This document shows, piece after piece, positions 17,831 to 27,045 of a stretch of 32,000 nucleotides of DNA. Positions within the stretch are counted from its first letter, which is position 1, and the number at the start of each line of letters is the position of its first letter. The notes under the pieces are model-generated. The model had not been told where the DNA came from and did not search any database. It saw only the letters and a list, made by a program, of their open reading frames with translations. This DNA is from an uncultured Chloroflexia bacterium (lineage in GTDB: Bacteria; Chloroflexota; Anaerolineae; Anaerolineales; Anaerolineaceae), in NCBI GenBank assembly GCA_963704755.1, contig OY969938.1:150001-182000 (forward strand), written 5' to 3'. The position numbers were made by a program, and so were the translations under genes.

Positions 17831-20275
17831 CTAGGCCACTTTTACGATTACCTGGATTTCTTTCTTGTCCGCTGCCGGAAGGGGAATAACGCTCCCTTCA
17901 ATGCGAGACCCATCGACGTACAGGCTAATATCGTTTCCAGGGCCTTCTCTTTGAACCTGAATGTTATAGCGTACGCCACGATACTCACGAACGGCGGTAA
18001 ACCCGTCCCAGGCCTGGGGCATCACCGGCGCAACCTGCAGGCCGTTCAAAGTGGGGTGGATGCCCAGGATCCATTGGGTTATGGCGACGTAATTCCAGGC
18101 CGCGGTGCCGGTCAGCCAGGAGTTCTTGGCTTCCCCGTGGGTGGGGGCATCTTTTCCGGCGATCATCTGGGCGTATACGTAGGGTTCACAGCGGTGAATT
18201 TCACTGATCTTCTCGCGTGCGGAGGGATTAATGCGGCTGTAGTAATCGAAGGCATTATTGCCGTTCCCGGCGCGGGTTTCGGCGATCATGACCCAGGGGT
18301 TGGCATGGCAAAAAATTCCTGCGTTTTCCTTGTACCCTGGCGGGTAGGTAGAAATTTCACCCAGGTTCAGGTGATAATGGCTGTAAGCCGGCTGCTGCAG
18401 GACAATCCCATGGGGGGTAGCCAGGCGTTCCTTGACCGAATCCAAGGCCTGCCTTGCATGGCCATTCTCCAGGCCGATACCGGCCATCACGCAAATACCC
18501 TGGGGCTCGATGAAGATCTGGCCTTCTGCGCAAGTATGAGAACCGACCGGGTTGCCAAAATCGTCATAAGCCCGTAAGAACCAGTTGCCATCCCAGCCCC
18601 ATTCGTATACCTTTTCGGCCATCTTTTTGGCCAGGGCGCGGTAGATTTCCTCATCGGCCGGCTTGGCAATCGCAGCAGCGATTTCGGCCAATTCATTGCT
18701 GGCCATCACAAACAAGCCGGCAATCAGTACCGATTCGGCGACTTTTCCATCTTTCCCGAGGGTCGTCTGGAAAGACTGGCCCGGGTTTTCGGAAAAGCAG
18801 TTGAGGTTCAGGCAGTCATTCCAGTCCGCCCGGCCAATCAAAGGCAAGCCGTGGGGGCCAAACCTTTCATGGATATGGCGAATACTGCTTTTCAGGTGAT
18901 CGTAGAGCGGCTGTTCGGTGCCGGGAATATTGTCGTAGGGAATGGTCACTTGCAGGATCGAAAAGTCCCCGGTTTCTTTGATATAAGCCGAAGTACTCAG
19001 CAGCAGCCAAAGCGGATCGTCGTTGAAATTCGAGCCAACATCGTTATTGCCCTGGCGGGTGAGCGGCTGGTATTGGTGATATGCTCCCCCGTCCAGCAAT
19101 TGGGTGGCGGCCAGGTCGAGGATGCGCTGTCTGGCTCGTTCCGGGACCATGTGCACGAACCCCAAAAGGTCCTGGTTCGAATCACGGAAGCCCATTCCAC
19201 GGCCAATCCCCAATTCGTAATAGGAAGCCGAACGCGACATATTGAAGGTGATCATACACTGGTAGGCGTTCCAGATATTGACCATTCGGTTGGTATGTTC
19301 GTCGGGGGTTTGGACCTGCAGGACAGACAGGAGTTCGTCCCAATAAGAATTTAGCGCCTGAAAGGCCTCGGTGACTTTTTCGGGCTGCAGAAATTGATGG
19401 ATGATGGGCAGGACATTCTTTTTATTGATACGTTGGCTGCCAGGGGGATCAAACTTGTCGTCAGGTTCGTTTTCCTGGTAGCCTAGCAGGAAGATAACCG
19501 TGCGCTCTTCACCGGGGGCCAGGCTGAATTGAACATTATGCGAGCCGATTGGCTGCCAACCGTGGGCGATCGAATTATGGGACAGGCCAACCTGGACGAC
19601 CTGTGGGGCTTCCAGGCTTGCGTAAGGCCCAACGAAACAATCACGCTGGGTATCAAACCCGGATAGGGGTTCTGAACAGGCAAAATACGCGAAATGATTG
19701 CGGCGTTCGCGGTATTCAGTCTTATGGTAAATAACACCATCCTCTACCTCGACTTCGCCGATACTGAGGTTGCGTTGGTAATTGGTGCTGTCGTCGAGCG
19801 CATCCCAGAGCGCAAATTCTATGAAGGAAAATAGGGAGAGATTGGCGGCTTTATCGCGCTGGTTGGCCAGGTGCAATTCCCATACTTCCAGGGTGTTGCC
19901 CAGGGGCACAAAATAGCGGATCGAGGCACGAATATCCCGGAAAGTCGATTCGATGGTCGTATAGCCCATGCCATGCCGGCAAACATATGCATCCAGTGGT
20001 TTACGGATGGGCTGCCAGGTCGGTGACCAAAATTCACCGGTATCGTTATCACGGATATAAACATAACGGCCGTTCGAATCAAGGGGAACGTTGTTATAAC
20101 GATAGCGGGTAAGCCGGCGTAAGCGGGCGTCTTTATAGAATGAATACCCCCCAGCAGTATTGGAAATCAAACCGAAATAATCTTCACTGCCCAGGTAATT
20201 GATCCAGGGCAGAGGTGTATCGGGACGTTCGATAATGTACTCGCGGTGTTCATCGTCAAAATGGCCGTAACGCAT
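17831..20275 (-). CDS. GH94 cellobiose phosphorylase-like glycoside phosphorylase
   Basis: ORF 17831..20308. The start is ATG 20275 ([29 protein letters not shown]), with GAGG upstream. Length 814 aa, typical of cellobiose phosphorylases. Confidence 0.9.
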   Translation of the reverse strand: MRYGHFDDEHREYIIERPDTPLPWINYLGSEDYFGLISNTAGGYSFYKDARLRRLTRYRYNNVPLDSNGRYVYIRDNDTGEFWSPTWQPIRKPLDAYVCRHGMGYTTIESTFRDIRASIRYFVPLGNTLEVWELHLANQRDKAANLSLFSFIEFALWDALDDSTNYQRNLSIGEVEVEDGVIYHKTEYRERRNHFAYFACSEPLSGFDTQRDCFVGPYASLEAPQVVQVGLSHNSIAHGWQPIGSHNVQFSLAPGEERTVIFLLGYQENEPDDKFDPPGSQRINKKNVLPIIHQFLQPEKVTEAFQALNSYWDELLSVLQVQTPDEHTNRMVNIWNAYQCMITFNMSRSASYYELGIGRGMGFRDSNQDLLGFVHMVPERARQRILDLAATQLLDGGAYHQYQPLTRQGNNDVGSNFNDDPLWLLLSTSAYIKETGDFSILQVTIPYDNIPGTEQPLYDHLKSSIRHIHERFGPHGLPLIGRADWNDCLNLNCFSENPGQSFQTTLGKDGKVAESVLIAGLFVMASNELAEIAAAIAKPADEEIYRALAKKMAEKVYEWGWDGNWFLRAYDDFGNPVGSHTCAEGQIFIEPQGICVMAGIGLENGHARQALDSVKERLATPHGIVLQQPAYSHYHLNLGEISTYPPGYKENAGIFCHANPWVMIAETRAGNGNNAFDYYSRINPSAREKISEIHRCEPYVYAQMIAGKDAPTHGEAKNSWLTGTAAWNYVAITQWILGIHPTLNGLQVAPVMPQAWDGFTAVREYRGVRYNIQVQREGPGNDISLYVDGSRIEGSVIPLPAADKKEIQVIVKVA

Positions 20276-20684
20276 AATGCCTCGTAATTTATAGTATTTG
20301 AAAAACAACTACGCTAGACTGCTAACCGTAATCGCCGCGGAGGTTGGATCAAAGATACGGCTTGCAATGCGGTGTATATGAGCACCAAAGACCAGCGCTC
20401 TTTCCCGGTAGCTCTCTTGATGGCTGGCTTCCCCGCCAAGACTCCGATATTTTACCCGATAAATTTTGGGAACGATAACAGGGTTTTGGGCGGCCATAAT
20501 TCTCGCGATCCTCTCGCCGTCAAACCCTTACCCGCCAGCGAGTTTACCCCACCCCAGCCTGTTTTTAGCCTTTGCCGCACAGACCGGATTGCCATTTCTT
20601 AGCCTTCTCCCTCCAATCTCGAAGAAATGAACCGCTATTACTTTATAGAAACCCCTTCCATTTTCTTGTACTGATCAGATACCC

Positions 20685-20700
20685 TTGAGAGCGCTCTCAA
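20685..20700. promoter_or_regulatory. LacI-family operator variant (TTGAGAGCGCTCTCAA)
   Basis: A perfect 16-bp palindrome. Its core TGAGAGCGCTCTCA differs from the CebR/CelR box only at a symmetric pair of positions. It lies ~80 nt downstream of the predicted TSS. Confidence 0.55.
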
Positions 20701-20765
20701 AACATATTAAAAAAATAGATCGATGAAAACAATTCTCGATTGAAGGGAATGCGCGAATATCTCAA

Positions 20766-20779
20766 TGGGAGCGCTCCCA
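20766..20779. promoter_or_regulatory. CebR/CelR-type LacI-family operator TGGGAGCGCTCCCA
   Basis: Exact 14-bp palindrome known as the cellobiose-responsive CebR/CelR box of actinomycetes. It overlaps the predicted TSS of the GH94 operon. Confidence 0.65.
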
Positions 20780-20785
20780 CATAAC

Positions 20786-20814
20786 ATTTTACATAATTAT
20801 GAGGATTAAGTCAA
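20786..20814 (-). promoter_or_regulatory. near-consensus sigma70 promoter of the GH94 operon (TTGACT-17 nt-TAAAAT)
   Basis: Reverse complement of 20809-20814 is TTGACT and of 20786-20791 is TAAAAT, with a 17-nt spacer. Confidence 0.55.
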
Positions 20815-20858
20815 GAACATTTGAAAAGGGGTGTTGAAAAAGTCATTTTTCATCATCC

Positions 20859-20919
20859 AAATTGGGGGATATATATGGCGGGGCGGCGAAGCCGCCCCGC
20901 CATATATATCCCCCAATTT
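20859..20919. terminator. 29-bp perfect hairpin (core of a ~115-bp palindromic element) downstream of the histidine kinase gene
   Basis: AAATTGGGGGATATATATGGCGGGGCGGC (20859-20887), loop GAA, exact reverse complement at 20891-20919, then a T-run on +. Outer 11-bp inverted repeats lie at 20831-20841 and 20935-20945. Confidence 0.6.
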
Positions 20920-21046
20920 TTTTTTATGAGGGCGTTTTTCAACACTCTCTTTAAAAGCGGAACTGTGGCTTCCGCAGGAAAGGGGTTGTCATTGCTGCGC
21001 GCTGGCCATTTCTGCCGGCGCGCGGCAATGACAACATCGGCGGAAA

Positions 21047-24000
21047 CTATCCGAGCGAGACCGGTTGGGGCGCCGCCGGTAGCCAAACTTGCATCGTGGT
21101 CCCTTTTCCCAAGGCGGACGAGACGTTGATGTGCCCTTCGTGCTGCTCGATGATGGATTTGACGATGAACAATCCCACTCCGGTGCCCTGGATCTCCTCC
21201 TCGATCGCGTTGCTGGCGCGATAAAAGCGTTGGAACAGGTTCGGCAAATCTTCCGGGGGGATGCCGATGCCGGTATCGCTCACCTCGATCTGGATGCCCT
21301 GTTCGGCGAATTTGGCACTCAACGTGACGGCGCCATTTTCTGGCGTGAACTTAATCGCGTTGTTCAACAGGTTAACAAAGACCTGCTCAAGTGAAGATGA
21401 ATCGGCCATCAAGGCGGGTAAGTCGTCTGGAATGTTTTCTGAAACAAGGATCGAGCGGGCGGTGGCTAAAGACCTTACAGTGTCGAGAGAATTATTGAGG
21501 GCAGTATGGATATCTATGACCTGCTTGTTGAGTTGGTAGCGCCCACTTTCCAGGCGGCCTACCGAGAGCAGTTTTTCGATCAAGGTTCTTTCGCGCATCA
21601 ATTCAGAATTGAGGATTTGCCAGAAATGGTCGATCTCGGTTTGCTCGCCACCCTCGTGAATCAAATCGGTCATCATCATGATGGTGGTCAACGGGGTTCG
21701 CAGGTCGTGGGCAGCCCGGTTGATGAAATCCGACTTCATCTGTTCCAGCCTGGCACGTTCGCTGATATCCCGAATAATCGCCAGGACCTCATCTTCGCCG
21801 CAGACCACCAGGCGGGCTTCGAAAGAATGAAGGCCATCTTTTGCCGGGTTTTCAAACAAAAACAACTGGACTTCTTTGGTAGCAAAAGCCAGTGCGATTT
21901 TCTGTAGGGCTTCATCGGCGGATTTTGGTGATAGGATCGAGCGGATGTTGAATCCAACCAGGTAACTGTCGGGGTTGACGCTGTTGTCGGCCGTCACGCG
22001 ACCATCGCGGGTGAAACGATAAATCCGGTCGGGGATGGCATTGAGCATGGCCTTATTGCGACCTTCACTCTGGCGCAGGGACCGTTCAGCTTCGGATCGC
22101 TGGATATCGGTGCCCAGAATGTCGGCTGCGATTTTCAGGCTTTCTATTTCGCTGACCGTCCAGTTCCGCGCAGTTAGGCAGTCCTCGAAGCCAATCCAGC
22201 CCCACCAGTTCATATCGATGAATATGGGAATCAGGGCTATTGAAAGTGCACCCCGCCTGGCAAAAACCTTGCCCTCATTGGCGGATAAAGTAGCCGTTGA
22301 CCCATAAATACAGCGGCCTTCGGATAACTCGACGACCAGGTGATTTAAATCGGATTCCAGGTAGCGCAGCAGTTCTGGTGGATCGGTCTGGTCGGATTCA
22401 GTGCCGGCCGCATTTTTCCAAGAAAAACGACGTTTACCGACCAACCCGTTGTGATCGATTTGATTTTGATAAAGATAGACCTGGCTGCAATGGGTCGCCC
22501 TGGCTAAATCCCCGAGGACCCCCTGGATGCAATCTTCCCAAAAAGGCGTATTGAGAAATTGGGATGAGGCGAAGGCAATCGCATCCAGGATTTCATCCCT
22601 GCGGCGTAAATTTTCTTCAGTTTGGCGGCTTTCGGTGACATCGCGTGTAATCGTGCTCGCCATGATACCCCTGGCCGTTTGAATCGGCGATATAACTACC
22701 TGGAGGTTGCGCAGCTCTCCGTTGGGGCGCTGAACGTTTAATTCAAGGTAATTGCTTTCGGTGGAATATTTTCCTTCCAGGGCAGATTCATAGAATTCTT
22801 TGGTCAGGTGGAAGTCTTCGGCATTATGGGTGGTAGCGGAAGGGAGTACTTTTTCGATATCCCAGGCCTTCAAGCCGATTACTTTTTCGCGGGGGATATC
22901 GGTAATCCGTTCTTCGCCCTGGTTCCACTCGATGATCACACCTTGTTCATCGTTTAAGATGATGCCATCAAGTGAATGTTCAATCACGTTACGCAGTTTT
23001 TGTTCGTTATCTTTGGCTTCTGAAAAGATTATCCCTCTTTCGATAGCCATAGAAACATGTTGGCTTACTTCGGTTAAATATACGCAGGTCATCTTCAGCG
23101 AGAGGTTTGTTCTCGTCTGATTCGACATCCAGAACACCAATGATTTGGCCTCGGTCGAGGAGCGGGACAGCGATTTCAGAAACAACACCCGGAATAGCGC
23201 TGAGCGTGGCGGCATACTCAGGCGACATGGGTGCAATGAACGGCTGCCCGCTGCGGAACACTTTGCCGACCACACCGGTGTCGGTGGGATGGACTTCGGG
23301 CTTGTGAGAGACCCCAACCTCGCTCTGCAATTCGAGCCGGTCCCCCTTGAGGAAATACAGACAGACCGATTTATACCCGTATACATTCGCGACGGCATTC
23401 ACAATCGTGTTGAATACGGCTTCCAGTTCCAATTCGCGGGCCAATGAGGAACGGACTTCGATTATCAGGCCGAGTTCGCGTGCCTGAGCCAGCGAAGCGT
23501 GGAACAACTCTTTATAGCGCTGTTCGCTTTCTCGCAGGTTGTCTTCGGCATTTTTCTGTTCGGTTACATCCTCGATGACCCCATCGACATAATCGATTTC
23601 TCCATCTGCCTTGAGTGTGACCCGGCCGGTATTGCGCAGCCACAAGCGTTGGCCTGCCCGGTTGTGAAATGGGATCACCGCCGAAGACGTAAGGCCTTCT
23701 TTTTTCCAGCGGTTCGTCAAATTGAAGCGATCTTGCGGATTTTCGTAAAGATCGAAAGCATTGACATTTTGGATGATGTATTCCGGACTGGCATAGCCCA
23801 GAATGTTTGCGAGCGCCTGATTGAGGTGTAAAAAAGTACCGTCTTCTTTGGAACGGTAGACGCCTACAGGCAATTGATCGGTGAAGGTTTTATATTTCTT
23901 TTCGCTTTCGTGTAAAGCCTTTTCGGTTTTCTGTCTCTCCAGGAATTGACCGATCTGGCTGCCCACAGAATTAAATAGCCCATCCAAATCCGACTGTTGG

Positions 24001-25457
24001 GGATGATCGCTGCTAAAGAAGGCCATGACCCCCAGGGTATTGCCGACAAAAATGATGGGAACGACCAGACCGACTTTCCAGCCATGCGTAAGGGCAAAAT
24101 CGCAAATCACACAATCCGCGTCATAATCATCGAGAGACAGCCACTGAGTATCCTGGTTTTGCCATACCGTACCCAAAATGCCTTCGCAAGGCTTGATGCC
24201 ATCGATAGAGGGCGCGGACTCGGGGAAACTATTCGCAGGGGAAGCGAACCACTGCTGTTGTAAAAACAACTGTTCTGAAACAGACTCTACTTCCCATAAG
24301 CCACCCCAGGCGAAACCAATATTTGTGCATATAATTTTTAATATGGATTGGGCGGCCTCGTTTAATTCCGTTACACCTACCAATGTGCGCGAAACATCGA
24401 ATTGGAGCTGCAGCCGGCGTTCGATTTGGCGATGGTGAGTCACATCGTGGAGTAAAACGAGTTGGCCGATTTGTTCTTTGCGCGGATTTACCAGAGGAGA
24501 TCGCAGCATTTCATATTCGCGGTCATTGTGAAAAACAATAGCCGGTGGCGAAATTTCTCCATCATGGGTGACCGGATGGCTTCCTTGCCCGTATTCTCTA
24601 CCGAGTATGTCTGATAGATAGATTTTCTTTTTGAAAGAAGCGGGTAAGTTGAACGCTTCCTGAGCGGATGGATTGGCGTCGATCACAGAACCATTTTCAT
24701 CGGTGACAAACATGAGCTCGGTCATATTCGAGATGGCGATTTCGTGCGCCATGGGGCTGATTTCCAAGATGCGCAGATGAATTACTCCCCAGGCCATGAC
24801 CACACCGGAAACTGCAAAGGCAAATGGAGTCAGGTCCAGGCCGCGGATGGGTGAGATACCGAGAATATAAGCCCCGTTTCCCAGCCAGGGGACCAGTGCT
24901 GAGGCAAACAAGGCAAAACTTTCAGGGCCTTTGAAGTTGTAACGCTTGATCAGTGAGAAAGTCAATACCGAACTGGCGAAAAGCAGTGCATAGGCATAGG
25001 TAATATGGACCCAAAACCAGGGACCGTGGTCGATGAACAAAAGCAATGCACCCGAGGATTGGCCCAACCAAACCTTTTCCCAAACCAGGCCATGAAGCTC
25101 GTTGGTCCAGGCCAGCAGCATGACAATGGCCGGTTCCAGCCAAAGCAGGCGGCGTAAAGGTCTTTTTAGTGCATCCTTGTTGCCCGAGTATTCCAAGATA
25201 AACAGGAACCAGGCCACCGGCACGATCGCGATACCGATGTATTCGAATTTAGCCCAGAACACCTTGGCGGCCAGGGTCTGGCTGACCAACTCAAAACCAT
25301 ATCCAAGACACCAGATCCCAATGGCGATGAACTGGGTGATCATGGCTTTTGAACCAGGAATGCGCCTCCTGGACCGTCCGAGATAAATGCCCAGGGTGAT
25401 GGACAGGATAACCGAAATTAATAACAGAAAGAAATAGTCGTTAATGGATTGAAACAT
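21047..25457 (-). pseudogene. multidomain sensor histidine kinase (7TM N-terminus, alternating PAS/GAF domains, HisKA, HATPase_c), interrupted by a +1 frameshift near 23072-23081
   Basis: ORFs 23007..25457 and 21047..23398 overlap by 392 nt. A GAF domain begun in the first ORF (VLDVESDENKPLAEDDLRIF) is completed in the second (TEVSQHVSMAIERG). H-box AAHDLRTPL, N-box LLNNAIKFT, DTGIGI and GTGVGL are present. The span is 4411 nt = 3n+1. Confidence 0.85.
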
Positions 25458-25463
25458 TTTACG

Positions 25464-25850
25464 TCAAGAGGGGTGGTAAGTCCGGCGCAGTACGGCCTGG
25501 ACACGGGAAATCAATTCCTGGCGGTCGAAAGGTTTGGTGATGTAGTCGTCGCTGCCGAGCTCAAGGCCGAAATTTTTGTCCCCCTGGGCTGATCGGGCCG
25601 TCAAAAAAATAAAGGGAATCGCTGCGGTCTTGGTGTTCTGGGTCAATTTTCGGCGCAAATCAAAGCCATTCGGCGGCGGCATCATCACGTCGCTGATAAT
25701 CAGGTCCGGCGTGTTTTCAACCGCGGCCTGATAGCCTTCTGCGCCGTTACTGGCCGTGATCACCCGATAGCCGGCCCGGGTAATAATCAACTTTAAACCG
25801 TAAAGGATGTTCGCTTCGTCGTCGATCAGTAAAATAAGTGGAACTTCCAT
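25464..25850 (-). CDS. single-domain response regulator (CheY-like receiver)
   Basis: 128 aa. Acidic pocket LIDDE, phospho-acceptor context LIISDVMMP and conserved Lys in YITKPF. It ends 7 nt upstream of the kinase start. Confidence 0.9.
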   Translation of the reverse strand: MEVPLILLIDDEANILYGLKLIITRAGYRVITASNGAEGYQAAVENTPDLIISDVMMPPPNGFDLRRKLTQNTKTAAIPFIFLTARSAQGDKNFGLELGSDDYITKPFDRQELISRVQAVLRRTYHPS

Positions 25851-26040
25851 GGCCCCTTCTTTGCCTTGAATTTGGTAGCGATTCTCCTGAAAGCGAAAGC
25901 CTGTTCAGAAAAGCTATGCTTGAGGCTTGTCGATCGTTCGAAGAGAATCATAAATCGTCATTTTTGAGTATAAATACTCGGATATGGATTCCCATAAATT
26001 CAGAGTAAAAAAGGGTTAATTAGCGATAAAAAACGAATAC

Positions 26041-26906
26041 CCGAGGACCCGCGCTCTCAAAAAAAAGAGACCGCTTTACGCAGTCTCTTTTTTTTAGCTA
26101 GTGGCGGGAGCGACGGGGTTCGAATTACAATCCCCTCAATGGGGACCCGCGATCTCAAATAAAAAAAGAGACCGCTTTACGCAGTCTCTTTTTTTTAGCT
26201 AGTGGCGGGAGCGACGGGGTTCGAATTACAATCCCCTCAATGGGGACCCGCGATCTCAAATAAAAAAAGAGACCGCTTTACGCAGTCTCTTTTTTTAGCT
26301 AGTGGCAGGAGCGACGGGGTTCGAATTACAATCCCCTCAATGGGGACCCGCGATCTCAAATAATAAAAAGAGACCGCTTACGCAGTCTCTTTTTTTAGCT
26401 AGTGGCGGGAGCGACGGGGTTCGAATTACAATCCCCTCAATGGGGACCCGCGATCTCAAATAATAAAAAGAGACCGCTTACGCAGTCTCTTTTTTTTAGC
26501 TAGTGGCGGGAGCGACGGGGTTCGAATTACAATCCCCTCAATGGGGACCCGCGATCTCAAATAATAAAAAGAGACCGCTTACGCAGTCTCTTTTTTTAGC
26601 TAGTGGCGGGAGCGACGGGGTTCGAATTACAATCCCCTCAATGGGGACCCGCGATCTCAAATAATAAAAAGAGACCGCTTACGCAGTCTCTTTTTTTTAG
26701 CTAGTGGCGGGAGCGACGGGGTTCGAATTACAATCCCCTCAATGGGGACCCGCGATCTCAAATAATAAAAAGAGACCGCTTACGCAGTCTCTTTTTTTTA
26801 GCTAGTGGCGGGAGCGACGGGGTTCGAATTACAATCCCCTCAATTGGGACCCGCGCTCTCAAATAAAAAAAAGAGACCGCTTTACGCAGTCTCTTTTTTT
26901 AGCTAG
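26041..26906 (-). repeat. tandem array of 8 full units (100/101 bp) plus one degenerate unit, each a tRNA-Asp 3' fragment with a 21-nt T-loop insertion plus a terminator
   Basis: TGGCGGGAGCGACGGGGTTCGAA starts at 26102, 26203, 26303 (one SNP), 26403, 26504, 26604, 26705 and 26806, and again at 26907 (the genuine tRNA). A partial unit lies at ~26041-26101. The units are nearly identical. Confidence 0.95.
26865..26900 (-). terminator. intrinsic (bidirectional) terminator immediately 3' of tRNA-Asp; the same module recurs in every repeat unit
   Basis: An 8-bp stem GAGACCGC/GCAGTCTC (one G-U pair) with a 5-nt loop, flanked by an A-run and a T-run. Confidence 0.75.
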
Positions 26907-26982
26907 TGGCGGGAGCGACGGGGTTCGAACCCGCGATCTCGGCCTTGACAGGGCCGCATGTTAGCCACTACACCACGCCCCC
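26907..26982 (-). tRNA. tRNA-Asp (anticodon GTC), CCA encoded
   Basis: The minus strand reads GGGGGCGTGGTGTAGTGGCTAACATGCGGCCCTGTCAAGGCCGAGATCGCGGGTTCGAACCCCGTCGCTCCCGCCA. It has a 7-bp acceptor stem, anticodon stem CGGCC/GGCCG with loop CTGTCAA, and T-loop TTCGAAC. Length 76 nt. Confidence 0.93.
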
Positions 26983-26995
26983 ACGAACGAGCCAA

Positions 26996-27024
26996 ATAAT
27001 ATCATGGTCTTAGAAAACCGTCAA
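26996..27024 (-). promoter_or_regulatory. promoter of tRNA-Asp (TTGACG-17 nt-TATTAT)
   Basis: Reverse complement of 27019-27024 is TTGACG and of 26996-27001 is TATTAT, with a 17-nt spacer. The predicted TSS is ~7 nt before the tRNA 5' end. Confidence 0.6.
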
Positions 27025-27045
27025 GTTTTTGAAGGTTTTTCCTGG

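Noticed and set aside
20309-20602. ORFs 20309..20497 (-) and 20372..20602 (+) in the GH94 leader.
   Set aside because: They have no recognisable motifs or convincing start context, and the two overlap each other. They are treated as part of an uncharacterised leader rather than as genes.
20821-21129. ORFs 20821..21129 (+) and 20853..21086 (-) downstream of the kinase gene.
   Set aside because: Both run straight through the 29-bp perfect palindrome, so each mirrors the other (WGIYMAGR.. appears in both). They have no RBS and overlap the kinase 3' end.
25966-25979. Palindrome GAGTATAAATACTC upstream of the response-regulator gene as a possible operator.
   Set aside because: It is short, AT-rich and unsupported by a second copy or a clear promoter context. 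It is as likely to be a -10-like sequence read on both strands.
26041-26906. A regular ~100-bp periodic array, which might be a CRISPR locus.
   Set aside because: The units abut each other with no unique spacers. The unit length of 100/101 bp is far beyond CRISPR repeat size. The content is tRNA-derived plus a terminator, and no cas genes are in the window.
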